From NCBI GenBank assembly GCA_045593165.1, contig JAZNWF010000046.1:23404-87403 (forward strand): a stretch of 64,000 nucleotides of DNA. Direction: 5' to 3'. The notes beneath the pieces are model-generated. The model saw only the letters and a program-made list of their open reading frames with translations, did not search any database and was not told the origin of the DNA. Positions 46,570 to 55,487 of the stretch are shown here, piece after piece; positions within the stretch are counted from its first letter, which is position 1, and each line of letters starts with the position of its first letter. The position numbers and the translations under genes are program-made. This DNA is from Eubacteriales bacterium. GTDB lineage: Bacteria > Bacillota > Clostridia > Oscillospirales > CAG-382.

Positions 46570-47091
46570 ATGAAAATCAGAATCATCACCAAAAAGTTCA
46601 CACTTACCGACGATGTTCGCGAATGGGTCGAGAAGAAATTAAAGAAGTTCGATAAATTCTTCTCCGAGGATACCGAAGCAACGGTGACCATCGGAAGCAA
46701 CAAAATCGGTGAGCGGATTGAACTCACCATCTACCGCAACGGCTCGATCTTCCGTTCCGAAATATCCGATAAGGATTATAAATGCGCGTTGGATACCGCG
46801 ATGGGCAATATCGAACGGCAGATCAGAAAGAACCGCACGCGTCTTGAAAAGAAGGTCCACGTAAAGAAGGAATACTTTGCCGATTCCGAAACCGAAATTC
46901 CCGAAGAAAGCATCGAGGTGGCAAAGGTAAAACGCTTCGAAATGCACGCGATGACGGTTGAAGAGGCTATTTTGCAGATGAACCTTTTGCAGCACAGCTT
47001 CTATATGTTTTTAAATTCCGAAAGCGGCAGGTACAACGTTGTTTATAAACGTGCCGACGATGCATACGGCGTTATCGAGCCGATAGAATAA
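46570..47091 (+). CDS. hpf: Ribosome hibernation promoting factor (long form)
   Basis: 173 aa. N-terminal RaiA/HPF domain plus the C-terminal dimerisation domain (MTVEEAILQMNLLQHSFYMFLN). Confidence 0.93.
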   Translation: MKIRIITKKFTLTDDVREWVEKKLKKFDKFFSEDTEATVTIGSNKIGERIELTIYRNGSIFRSEISDKDYKCALDTAMGNIERQIRKNRTRLEKKVHVKKEYFADSETEIPEESIEVAKVKRFEMHAMTVEEAILQMNLLQHSFYMFLNSESGRYNVVYKRADDAYGVIEPIE

Positions 47092-47103
47092 AGCGCAGAT
47101 ACG

Positions 47104-47137
47104 GCAGGCCGTTTTAATACGACCTGCTTTGTTTTTT
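47104..47137 (+). terminator. Intrinsic terminator
   Basis: gcaggccgt...acgacctgc followed by tttgtttttt. Confidence 0.7.
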
Positions 47138-47249
47138 CTGAATAAAAAGAACAATTCAAATTTGTTGAATACGTAGAAAATTTAGGGGGGGTGGAAAAAG
47201 CATTGTTTTTATGGTATAATTATATCGCACAAAGGAAGGAGGCAATCAT

Positions 47250-48917
47250 ATGAAAAGAATTATTATTTTGATATTATCGGTTTTGATGCTGATCTCGCTT
47301 TTTGCCGCTTGTTCGGAGGAAAAAGCCGATAAGGACAATACGTCAAGCAAAACAGAATCGGTAACAGACACCTCCGACGAAAAATCGGAAACCACTCCGA
47401 GTGAAAATTCCGATGAAACGTCGAGCACTCCTTCTGCCGATACTTCGAGCGAATCACCCGACGAAAGTGTAGATGCTCCGTCTGTTCCCGACGAACCCGA
47501 TACCCCTGACGAACCCGATGAACCCGACACCCCCGACGAACCCGTTGAATACGACCCTACACCGAGGGATTTGGAATATACCTACTACGATTTTAGCGAA
47601 GTGTTTACGGGATTTAAGGAATTAAGCAATATCGATGGATACGATAGCGACAACAGAGTTCTTGTGGTAGACAGCTACGATGTCTGCAAGCAGATACTTA
47701 CGTTGAACAAGGACCTGAAAGGTACAGACTCAAGCGAAACGTATAAATTTTTGAACGGTCTTGACAAGGATTATTTCAATAAAAAAATCGTTCTTCTGTT
47801 CGATGATTTTGCAAACCACAGCGGATATACGTACGAGATCACAAACGTTCACGCAGACGAAAACGGCGTGACGACGTATATAACGGAAATCGATCACCAA
47901 TTGGGCTTTGATATGCTTTGCTATCACGTTATCGCAGTCGAGCTCGATAAATCCGATATTTTGGGCTGTGACAGCTTTAACGCCGAGGTAGAAACGGTTC
48001 AATACGACCCTACACCGAGGGATTTGGAATATACGGAAAAAATCATTCCTGCAATGTTTAATGGTGACAGCAAACATAGTATTGTCGGTAATGAAACACC
48101 AACTCCTATCGTTATAAAAAGCTTTGATGACGTTGATACTTTGTTGTCGAATGTGTCCATTAACCAATCTGAAAAACTCGTAGAGTATTTGAACGATCTG
48201 CCGTCGAGCTTCTTTTCCGAAAAAATCATTTTAGTCAATGATTTTACTCATGGCATAGATTACACCGACTGCGGAGTGATAGGTGTGCGTGCAGATGAAA
48301 ACGGTGTTACCGTAAAGTATACGTATAAGCTTCCTTCGTCGGGGCATCCTTCGTTGCCTGCGGAATATCCCTGTGTATGCGTAATCGAGCTCGATAAATC
48401 CGATATTTTGGGCTGTGAAAGCTTCAACGCCGAGGTGGAAACGGTTCAATACGACCCTACACCGAGGGAATTGGAATATACTGCGCATATATCTGATGAA
48501 TCTTCTTATGGCTTCGAATACATCAGCAGTCTTGAAGATTACGACAGCGAGACTTGTATTTTAGTAATTGATAGCTACGATATTTGCAAGAAGGTTTTAG
48601 ACCTTCAAAAAAATGTAGATGAGAAATATAGCGAAACGGTTACGTTTTTGAAGAGCCTTGATAAATCTTATTTTAATTCAAAAACGATTTTGCTGATTGA
48701 TGCTCAAGTTCCGACCTCGGGATACAGCTTCGATGTTTCGAACGTTCGTGCAGATGTTGACGGCGTGACAGTGGAATGTATTAAAAATTATCCCATCGGA
48801 CCATTTGTTAATCAGGCATTGGGATATTTTATAATTGCAATCGAGCTCGATAAATCCGATATTTTGGGCTGTGACAGCTTCAACGCCGAGTTCGAGGTAA
48901 TTTATCCCGCCGCATAA
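47250..48917 (+). CDS. Lipoprotein with acidic Pro/Asp/Glu/Thr linker and three tandem modules of about 150 aa (PrcB_C-like)
   Basis: Signal peptide with LFAAC lipobox. Each module starts YDPTPR(D/E)LEYT, contains an SGY(T/S) motif and ends ELDKSDILGC(D/E)SFNAE. The PrcB_C similarity is from memory of that family's GGYS-type motif. Confidence 0.7.
   Translation: MKRIIILILSVLMLISLFAACSEEKADKDNTSSKTESVTDTSDEKSETTPSENSDETSSTPSADTSSESPDESVDAPSVPDEPDTPDEPDEPDTPDEPVEYDPTPRDLEYTYYDFSEVFTGFKELSNIDGYDSDNRVLVVDSYDVCKQILTLNKDLKGTDSSETYKFLNGLDKDYFNKKIVLLFDDFANHSGYTYEITNVHADENGVTTYITEIDHQLGFDMLCYHVIAVELDKSDILGCDSFNAEVETVQYDPTPRDLEYTEKIIPAMFNGDSKHSIVGNETPTPIVIKSFDDVDTLLSNVSINQSEKLVEYLNDLPSSFFSEKIILVNDFTHGIDYTDCGVIGVRADENGVTVKYTYKLPSSGHPSLPAEYPCVCVIELDKSDILGCESFNAEVETVQYDPTPRELEYTAHISDESSYGFEYISSLEDYDSETCILVIDSYDICKKVLDLQKNVDEKYSETVTFLKSLDKSYFNSKTILLIDAQVPTSGYSFDVSNVRADVDGVTVECIKNYPIGPFVNQALGYFIIAIELDKSDILGCDSFNAEFEVIYPAA
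47487..47543 (+). repeat. Short tandem coding repeat encoding PDEPDTPDEPDEPDTPDEP
   Basis: Reiterated cccgacgaacccga(t/c) units read directly. Confidence 0.85.
47937..48034 (+). repeat. Inter-module linker repeat, copy A (98 nt)
   Basis: gtcgagctcgataaatccgatattttgggctgtgacagctttaacgccgaggtagaaacggttcaatacgaccctacaccgagggatttggaatatac. Its last 34 nt recur with one mismatch at 47548-47581. Confidence 0.95.
48384..48481 (+). repeat. Inter-module linker repeat, copy B (98 nt, 5 mismatches to copy A)
   Basis: Aligned by eye to copy A. Confidence 0.95.
48839..48890 (+). repeat. Linker repeat, copy C (5' half only, at the gene end)
   Basis: atcgagctcgataaatccgatattttgggctgtgacagcttcaacgccgag. 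Confidence 0.95.
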
Positions 48918-48924
48918 AACCAAA

Positions 48925-48959
48925 TAAAAAACACGAGGTGAAAGCCTCGTGTTTTTTTT
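48925..48959. terminator. Bidirectional intrinsic terminator between convergent genes
   Basis: aaaaaa-acacgagg-tgaaag-cctcgtgt-tttttttt. Confidence 0.85.
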
Positions 48960-48965
48960 ATGAGG

Positions 48966-49670
48966 TTAAGGTGTCGGATCTTGCGATAATTCGTCGCCGT
49001 AGTATTTATACTCGTCGGGGAAATCGAGCGGTTCTACCGCTTCGGGAAGGAGAAGCGTCAATTCTATATCGGTCTTTCCGATATCTGCAGAAACGTTACA
49101 CACCATTTTTTCGTTATCGTAGGTGACGTCGATGCCGTTTATGTAGTTATCCAAAAGCATAACGGGGATATAATATTCGTTTTCCTTGTAAATAAGCGGC
49201 GCGGAAATACGAACGGGGTTGCCGTTGATTATCGCAAGCGACGAATTTACGGTGAATTCTATCTTGTTTTCCGTACCGACTATGAACATCGTTACGTCGT
49301 TGCCCTCGCCCGCAAGACCGAACGAGCCTATTTCCGAAAGGTATTCGAAGGGGATATACAAGCCGTATTCGTTGTTCGCGCTTTCGGCATTAATTTTATA
49401 AAGCGTTTCTTCGTCATAAATAACGTTTACCGAATAAATTTCGGTATTTTCCGCGGTATCATTGAAGGAATAAAGCACGAAAGCGGCGATGAAAAGACTA
49501 AACGCCAGATAAAATGCCAAGAATACGATAAGCACCGCTAAAATCTGGCTTCCTGAGCCGGTTGCACGCTTTTTTCTTTTCCTCGGAGGCGTTTTTTTCG
49601 ATACGGGCTTTTTCTGAACCGGGCGTTCTTCGGCTTCGCTGTGTTCGGTTTTGATCTCACGTTCGTCCAT
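48966..49670 (-). CDS. Membrane-anchored protein with copper-amine-oxidase-N-terminal-like (stalk) domain
   Basis: 234 aa. Basic N-terminus (PPRKRKKR) and one TM helix. The C-terminal INGNPVRISAPLIYKENEYYIPV pattern resembles the stalk domain. Confidence 0.55.
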   Translation of the reverse strand: MDEREIKTEHSEAEERPVQKKPVSKKTPPRKRKKRATGSGSQILAVLIVFLAFYLAFSLFIAAFVLYSFNDTAENTEIYSVNVIYDEETLYKINAESANNEYGLYIPFEYLSEIGSFGLAGEGNDVTMFIVGTENKIEFTVNSSLAIINGNPVRISAPLIYKENEYYIPVMLLDNYINGIDVTYDNEKMVCNVSADIGKTDIELTLLLPEAVEPLDFPDEYKYYGDELSQDPTP

Positions 49671-49752
49671 ATCTGCACCTCCTTTTATAAAAGTATATCA
49701 TATAGCTTTCAAAAAATAAAGGGGTATAAATAACCTTTTTGATTATTTTTTC

Positions 49753-49778
49753 ATAATCTGTATTTGCAAACAGATTAT
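49753..49778. promoter_or_regulatory. 9-bp perfect inverted repeat (ataatctgt-N8-acagattat) just upstream of the Clp ATPase RBS
   Basis: Read directly. It ends 3 nt before AAGGAG. Confidence 0.4.
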
Positions 49779-49796
49779 AGTAAGGAGTACGTTTCC

Positions 49797-52043
49797 GTGA
49801 GTGATATAACAAAACGATTTGCAGAAGGCGCAAGGCGTGTTATTACGGCGGCATTGCTTTGCGCCAAGGAGCTGGGGCATAGCTACGTGGGGAGCGAGCA
49901 TCTCCTTTTGGGTATACTGCGTGACGGCGAGGGCACACCGTGCTCCTTGCTTACCGAGCGTAGCGTTACGTACGATTCGGTAAAGCAAAAGGTAATAAGC
50001 CTTGTGGGAACGGGCTGTAAGACTTTGCTTTCGAGCGACGATATGACACCTGTCTGCCGCAGGATAATACTTCGCGCATCGTTTATTGCAGGCGCGGAGA
50101 ACGCGTCCTGCGTCGAAGTGGAGCATCTGCTTATGTCGATGCTGCGTGAGGAGTGCGTTGCGGTAAGATTACTGCGCGAGCAGGGCGTTGACGTTGACGA
50201 GCTCGATACCGTGCTTGAGGAGCTTTATTGTGACCAAGACACCGAGGCTGCAGAGGAAATATACGATTTTTCGCCTGTCGGTACAAAAAGAAAGGTCTCT
50301 ACGCCGTTGCTCGATTCGGTTGCGCTCGACCTTACGGAAAAGGCTAAAAAGGGTGGGACAGACCCCGTTATCGGCAGGGAAAAGGAGGAAGAACGTCTTA
50401 TTTCGATCTTACTGCGGCGTTCTAAAAACAATCCCTGCCTTGTTGGTGAGGCGGGTGTCGGCAAGACCGCCGTCGTGGAATCGATAGCCGCGCGTATTGC
50501 GAGCGGCAACGTGCCCGACGAGCTCAAGGATAAGCGTATTATGAGCCTCGAAATATCAATGGTCGTTGCAGGGACGAAATATCGCGGCGAGTTCGAGGAA
50601 AAAATAAAGAACATTCTTGAGGAGGTACGCGCCTCGGGTGATGTTATACTCTTCATCGACGAACTTCATACAATAGTCGGCGCGGGCGGTGCGGAGGGAG
50701 CAATAGATGCCTCGAATATATTAAAGCCCGCGCTTGCAAGGGGCGAGATAAGAATTATCGGTGCGACCACGCTGAATGAGTTTAAAAGCAGCATCGAACG
50801 CGATAAGGCGCTCGAGCGCCGTTTTCAGCCCGTGACGATTAACGAGCCGAGCGAGAGCGAGTGTATAAATATGCTTTCGGGCTTGAAAAAGCGTTACGAA
50901 AGCTATCATAATGCGATAATTACCGATTCTGCAATAAACAGTGCTGTTAAGCTTTCAAAGCGTTATATCGCCGACCGTTTTCTTCCCGATAAGGCGATAG
51001 ACCTTATCGACGAGGCGGCGGCAAGCGCCCGAATAGGCCGCAAGGGCAGAAAAAAGGTGGAGATAACCGAGCGTGATATTGCCTCGGCTATCGAATCACG
51101 CACGGGGATTCCCGTTTCAACGGCGGAAAACGACGAGGCAAAGGCGCTTTTGGGCTTGGAATCGGTATTGAGCGAAAGTATAATCGGGCAGGACGAGGCG
51201 ATTTCTTCGCTTTGCCGTGCGGTAAGACGCGCTCGCTCGGGAGTACGGTGCGGAAGCCGCCCGAATGCATCGTTTTTGCTTATCGGAAGCGCAGGCGTGG
51301 GGAAGACCGAGTGTGCAAAGGCGCTTGCAAGGGCGGTATTCAATACCGATAAGGCGTTTATAAAGCTCGATATGTCGGAGTTCTCCGAGCCTCACAGCGT
51401 TTCGAAAATTATCGGCTCGCCGCCGGGGTACGTAGGCTTCGGTGAAGGCGGTGCGCTGACCGAAAGGGTACGGAGAAGCCCGTATTCGCTGATACTGTTC
51501 GACGAGATAGAAAAGGCGCATCCCGACGTGCGTGCTCTGCTTTTACAGCTTTTGGACGATGGGGTGCTCACAGATTCCTCGGGTACGACTGTACGGTTCA
51601 ATAATACCGTGGTTATAATGACAGCCAATCTCGGCAAAGGCGCAGGCGGTATAGGGTTTGGCGGCGAAACGCAAAGGAAAGCGTCCGATGAGGCAAAAAA
51701 GCTGTTTTCACCCGAGCTTGCCGACAGAGTTGATGAGATCATCATATTCAAAGAGCTCAGCAAGCATGAGCTGTGTACCGTTGCCGAGCGTGCGTTGGCA
51801 ACACTTCGCGACAGCTTGCTTGATAGGGGCTTGACAGTCGACCTATCTCCCGATTTTGCCGAAAATACGGTTAAGCTTTGCAATGTCTGCAGTGCAAGAG
51901 CTGTTTCGCGTACGGCGATCAGGCTTGCGGAGGAGGCAATTTCGGAGCTTTTGTTGTGCGGAGAATCGCCAAACGGAAAAAGTGTAACGCTTTTTATAGA
52001 AAACGGCAAAAGTATTGCAAAAATAAAGCAAAACACCTATTGA
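49797..52043 (+). CDS. Clp/Hsp100 AAA+ ATPase, ClpC-like but lacking the middle (UVR/M) domain
   Basis: GTG start 9 nt after AAGGAG. Two Clp_N repeats. NBD1 GEAGVGKTA and NBD2 GSAGVGKTE. The NBD1-NBD2 junction is only ...[19 protein letters not shown].... IGF loop (GGIGFGG) is present. Confidence 0.85.
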   Translation: MSDITKRFAEGARRVITAALLCAKELGHSYVGSEHLLLGILRDGEGTPCSLLTERSVTYDSVKQKVISLVGTGCKTLLSSDDMTPVCRRIILRASFIAGAENASCVEVEHLLMSMLREECVAVRLLREQGVDVDELDTVLEELYCDQDTEAAEEIYDFSPVGTKRKVSTPLLDSVALDLTEKAKKGGTDPVIGREKEEERLISILLRRSKNNPCLVGEAGVGKTAVVESIAARIASGNVPDELKDKRIMSLEISMVVAGTKYRGEFEEKIKNILEEVRASGDVILFIDELHTIVGAGGAEGAIDASNILKPALARGEIRIIGATTLNEFKSSIERDKALERRFQPVTINEPSESECINMLSGLKKRYESYHNAIITDSAINSAVKLSKRYIADRFLPDKAIDLIDEAAASARIGRKGRKKVEITERDIASAIESRTGIPVSTAENDEAKALLGLESVLSESIIGQDEAISSLCRAVRRARSGVRCGSRPNASFLLIGSAGVGKTECAKALARAVFNTDKAFIKLDMSEFSEPHSVSKIIGSPPGYVGFGEGGALTERVRRSPYSLILFDEIEKAHPDVRALLLQLLDDGVLTDSSGTTVRFNNTVVIMTANLGKGAGGIGFGGETQRKASDEAKKLFSPELADRVDEIIIFKELSKHELCTVAERALATLRDSLLDRGLTVDLSPDFAENTVKLCNVCSARAVSRTAIRLAEEAISELLLCGESPNGKSVTLFIENGKSIAKIKQNTY

Positions 52044-52068
52044 CAAGCGCAAATTTATGTTGTATAAT
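52040..52068 (+). promoter_or_regulatory. Consensus sigma-A promoter for ylxM-ffh; the -35 contains the Clp ATPase stop codon
   Basis: TTGACA (52040-52045), a 17-nt spacer, then TATAAT (52063-52068). Confidence 0.65.
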
Positions 52069-52071
52069 ACG

Positions 52072-52111
52072 CCCTGTAAAGAAAATTGCTTTACAGGGTT
52101 TGAGTTTTTTT
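52072..52111 (+). terminator. Intrinsic terminator of the Clp ATPase gene
   Basis: ccctgtaaag-aaaattg-ctttacaggg followed by tttgagttttttt. Confidence 0.75.
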
Positions 52112-52132
52112 ATTGACAAGGGGGCGTGCACC

Positions 52133-52450
52133 GTGAACGAGGATAGGGCATACATCTGCCGCCTTATCGATATTTACGGCAACGCGCTGTCCGAACGTCA
52201 AAAGGACGTCGTTGATCTGTATTATAACGAGGATCTTTCTCTTGCCGAAATAAGCGAGCATTGCGGGATAACCCGTCAGGGCGTGCGCGATGCGATTCGT
52301 CACGGAGTGGAAATACTCCATTCTCTTGAATCGTCGCTCGGATTCAACGCCAAGATCGAGCGGATAGGTAAATACGCTTCCGAAATAGCAAAAACCGGAA
52401 ATATTATTGAGGCGCGTATGCTTGCCGAATGGATCATAGGAGAGCTGTAA
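52133..52450 (+). CDS. ylxM: YlxM/UPF0122 putative DNA-binding protein (SRP-operon helix-turn-helix protein)
   Basis: GTG start after AAGGGGG. LIDIYGNALSERQKDVVDLYYNEDLSLAEISEHCGITRQGVRD is the typical YlxM sequence. It lies immediately upstream of ffh. Confidence 0.88.
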   Translation: MNEDRAYICRLIDIYGNALSERQKDVVDLYYNEDLSLAEISEHCGITRQGVRDAIRHGVEILHSLESSLGFNAKIERIGKYASEIAKTGNIIEARMLAEWIIGEL

Positions 52451-53772
52451 TGTTTCAAAGTCTTGTAGATAAAATGCAAAACGCCTTTTCGAAGTTTCGT
52501 AACAAGGGCAAGCTTACCGAAGCCGACGTAAAGGCAGGTATGCGCGAAATAAAGCTCGCGCTTTTGGAAGCGGATGTAAACTTCAAGGTCGTTAAGGAAT
52601 TCGTTTCCCGTGTATCCGAGCGTGCTGTCGGCAACGAGGTGCTTGAAAGCCTTCTTCCCGCACAGCAGATAGTAAAGATAGTCAACGAAGAGCTTATCAC
52701 TTTGATGGGCGGAACGAATCAGAAATTAAATAATTCATCCAAGGGTCCTACCGTAATATTGATGTGCGGTCTTCAGGGCTCGGGTAAAACGACACACTGC
52801 GGAAAGCTCGCAGGTATGTTCAAAAGGCAGGGACGCAATCCTATGCTCGTTGCATGCGATATATATCGTCCTGCGGCTATCACACAGCTTCAGGTAGTCG
52901 GCGAAAAGGTTGGTGCTCCCGTGTTCGAGCGCGGCACAGCCGATCCTGCCGAAACCTCAAAGGAAGCAATAAAGCACGCTATAAAATACGGATATGACCC
53001 CGTAATAATCGATACCGCCGGCAGACTTCACGTCGACGAGGAGCTTATGAACGAGCTCAAGCGCGTGAAGGAAACGGTTGAACCTACCGAAATATTGCTC
53101 GTTGTCGATGCTATGACGGGTCAGGACGCGGTAAACGTAGCGAAAAGCTTTAACGATCTGTTGGATATAACCGGTGTTATACTTACCAAAATGGACGGCG
53201 ACACCCGTGGCGGCGCGGCACTTTCGGTAAAATATATCACGGGTAAGCCGATAAAGTTTATCGGTACGGGCGAAAAGCTTGATTGTCTTGAGCCCTTCCA
53301 CCCCGACAGAATGGCATCACGTATACTCGGTATGGGTGACGTGCTTACGCTTATCGAAAAGGCAGAGCAGCAGATAGACGAAAAGAAAGCGCTTGAAATG
53401 GAGCGCAGACTGCGTGAGCAGAGCTTCACGCTGGTCGATTTCCTGGATCAGCTTGCAACGCTTAAGGATATGGGCTCGATGGATTCGCTTTTGGGTATGA
53501 TGCCGGGCGTAAAGCCCTCGGCATTACAGAATGCCAAGATAGATGAAAAGGCGTTGGCGCACACCGAAGCGATAATACTTTCGATGACTCCGTACGAGCG
53601 TGAGCATCCCGACGTGCTGAATTCCTCGCGCAAGCGTCGTATAGCGGCGGGAAGCGGCAGATCGGTAGAGGAAATCAACCGCTTGTTAAAGCAGTATGAT
53701 CAAACCAAACAGCTTATGAAGCAGTTTATGGGCAAAAAAGGTAAAAAAGGGAAATTCAGATTTCCTTTTTAA
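52450..53772 (+). CDS. ffh: Signal recognition particle protein Ffh
   Basis: GLQGSGKTT, DTAGR and TKMDGDTRGG motifs, plus a Met-rich M domain. TAATG overlap with ylxM. Confidence 0.97.
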   Translation: MFQSLVDKMQNAFSKFRNKGKLTEADVKAGMREIKLALLEADVNFKVVKEFVSRVSERAVGNEVLESLLPAQQIVKIVNEELITLMGGTNQKLNNSSKGPTVILMCGLQGSGKTTHCGKLAGMFKRQGRNPMLVACDIYRPAAITQLQVVGEKVGAPVFERGTADPAETSKEAIKHAIKYGYDPVIIDTAGRLHVDEELMNELKRVKETVEPTEILLVVDAMTGQDAVNVAKSFNDLLDITGVILTKMDGDTRGGAALSVKYITGKPIKFIGTGEKLDCLEPFHPDRMASRILGMGDVLTLIEKAEQQIDEKKALEMERRLREQSFTLVDFLDQLATLKDMGSMDSLLGMMPGVKPSALQNAKIDEKALAHTEAIILSMTPYEREHPDVLNSSRKRRIAAGSGRSVEEINRLLKQYDQTKQLMKQFMGKKGKKGKFRFPF

Positions 53773-53809
53773 ATAAAATTCATTAATAATTTTTTGGAGG
53801 ATACTCAAA

Positions 53810-54055
53810 ATGGCAGTAAAAATGAGACTCAGAAGAATGGGCGCAAAGAAGGCTCCCCACTACAGAATCGTTGTTGCGGATTCCCGTTACCCCCGCGATG
53901 GCAGATTCATCGAAGAAATCGGTTACTACAATCCTATGACCAACCCCGCAGACGTTAAGATCGACGCTGACAAGGCAAAGCAGTGGATCCGCAACGGCGC
54001 ACAGCCTACCGACACTGTAAGAGATCTTCTCAAGAAGAGTGGAGTATTGGATTAA
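53810..54055 (+). CDS. rpsP: 30S ribosomal protein S16
   Basis: [26 protein letters not shown]. Confidence 0.97.
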   Translation: MAVKMRLRRMGAKKAPHYRIVVADSRYPRDGRFIEEIGYYNPMTNPADVKIDADKAKQWIRNGAQPTDTVRDLLKKSGVLD

Positions 54056-54282
54056 TGAAACAGATCCTTCTCGACATCACAAAGGCTATCGTTGAAGATC
54101 CCGATTCGGTACTCGTTACCGAAAAGGTAAGCGGCGATACCGTTGTTCTCGAACTTTCGGTTGCAAAGCACGATATGGGCAGAGTAATCGGAAAAGAAGG
54201 CAAGATCGCAAAGAGCATCCGTACCGTGATGCGCGCGGCTGCCGCAAGAGAGAACAAGCGTGTCATTGTGGATATAATCTGA
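54055..54282 (+). CDS. KH-domain RNA-binding protein (YlqC-like)
   Basis: 75 aa with the GRVIGKEGKIAKSIR KH motif. Canonical position between rpsP and rimM. Confidence 0.9.
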   Translation: MKQILLDITKAIVEDPDSVLVTEKVSGDTVVLELSVAKHDMGRVIGKEGKIAKSIRTVMRAAAARENKRVIVDII

Positions 54283-54770
54283 TGAGACGCTTTCTTGAAG
54301 CAGGAAGGCTTAATTCCCCGCGCGGTATCAAGGGCGAGATACGCTTCGACTGTTGGTGCGACAGCATCGAATTTTTGTCGGGAGTAAAGTATCTTTATCT
54401 TGACCGCGAGGGTAAACGCCCTTTGGAGGTTAAGGCTTTCAGAGAAACAGTTTCAACCGTTATTTTTGTCGGCTACGAGGATCGTAATCTGGCGGCATCG
54501 TTGAACGGCAGAACGGTTTATTTCGACCGCGAGGACATTCCTCTGCCCGAGGGCGTGTTCTATAACGACGATCTTATCGGCGTTTCGGTCACCGATGAGG
54601 CTTCAAATACCGTAATAGGCAAATTGAAGCGCATTGAGGAGGGTGTCGCCTCCGACATTTATTACGTCGAGGGTGAAAAAAAGTATGTAATCCCTGCGGT
54701 AGATGAATTTATCGTAAGGGCTGATCCAACGGGAATAGTTATCCGTCTTATCGACGGCTTGGAGGCGTAG
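54282..54770 (+). CDS. rimM: 16S rRNA processing protein RimM
   Basis: 162 aa. GRLNSPRGIKGEIRF start, PRC-barrel C-terminus, syntenic position. Confidence 0.9.
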   Translation: MRRFLEAGRLNSPRGIKGEIRFDCWCDSIEFLSGVKYLYLDREGKRPLEVKAFRETVSTVIFVGYEDRNLAASLNGRTVYFDREDIPLPEGVFYNDDLIGVSVTDEASNTVIGKLKRIEEGVASDIYYVEGEKKYVIPAVDEFIVRADPTGIVIRLIDGLEA

Positions 54771-54776
54771 GCGAAG

Positions 54777-55487
54777 ATGAATTTCGAGGTACTTACGCTT
54801 TTTCCCAATTCTCTTGAGCCGATGTTCTCATCGAGCATTATCGGAAGAGCCGCCGCAAAGGGCGTTATTTCGGTGAAATGTACCGATATCCGCGATTATA
54901 CCAAGGACAAGCATCGCAAGGTCGACGATGCTCCTTACGGTGGCGGATACGGAATGGTTATGATGTGCCAGCCTGTCGTTGACTGTATACGCGATGTCAA
55001 ATCGCGTCTTAACGGCTCGACAAGGGTGATATATATGTCACCGCAGGGCTCGCTTTTCGATCAGAAAAAGGCACAGGAGCTTACGAGCTACGATAATCTC
55101 ATTCTTCTTTGCGGTCATTACGAGGGCATAGACGAGCGTATTATCGAGCTTGAAATCGATGAAGAGCTTTCTGTCGGTAACTACGTGCTTACAGGCGGAG
55201 AGCTTCCTGCCGCAATCGTTGTCGATTGCGTTTCGCGTCTTATCGACGGTGTGCTTCCGTCCTCCGAATGTTATTCCGAGGAAAGTCTGCAAAACGGCTT
55301 GCTGGAGCACGCACAATATACGCGTCCGCGCGTTTTTGAAGGGTTAGAGGTGCCCGAGGTGCTTATAAACGGCGATCATGCAAAGCAGCGTCGCTGGAAG
55401 GAAGAGCAAAGTCGACTCCGCACCGAAGCCAAAAGACCCGATCTATTGGAGATAAACGATGAACAGAGCGAGGAAAAAAACGTATAA
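54777..55487 (+). CDS. trmD: tRNA (guanine37-N1)-methyltransferase
   Basis: FEVLTLFP, YGGGYGMVM, CGHYEGIDER, VLTGGELPA motifs. Confidence 0.96.
   Translation: MNFEVLTLFPNSLEPMFSSSIIGRAAAKGVISVKCTDIRDYTKDKHRKVDDAPYGGGYGMVMMCQPVVDCIRDVKSRLNGSTRVIYMSPQGSLFDQKKAQELTSYDNLILLCGHYEGIDERIIELEIDEELSVGNYVLTGGELPAAIVVDCVSRLIDGVLPSSECYSEESLQNGLLEHAQYTRPRVFEGLEVPEVLINGDHAKQRRWKEEQSRLRTEAKRPDLLEINDEQSEEKNV

Noticed and set aside
47958-47969. A lipobox-like ILGC motif recurring at each module end of the 47250-48917 lipoprotein.
   Set aside because: No hydrophobic signal segment precedes these internal sites, so lipoprotein signal peptidase processing is implausible. Only the N-terminal LFAAC site fits.
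51878-52132. A long 190-aa ORF overlapping the 3' end of the Clp ATPase gene.
   Set aside because: Only the distal 105 codons match YlxM. The upstream part overlaps clp coding sequence, the terminator and the promoter. GTG 52133 has an AAGGGGG RBS.
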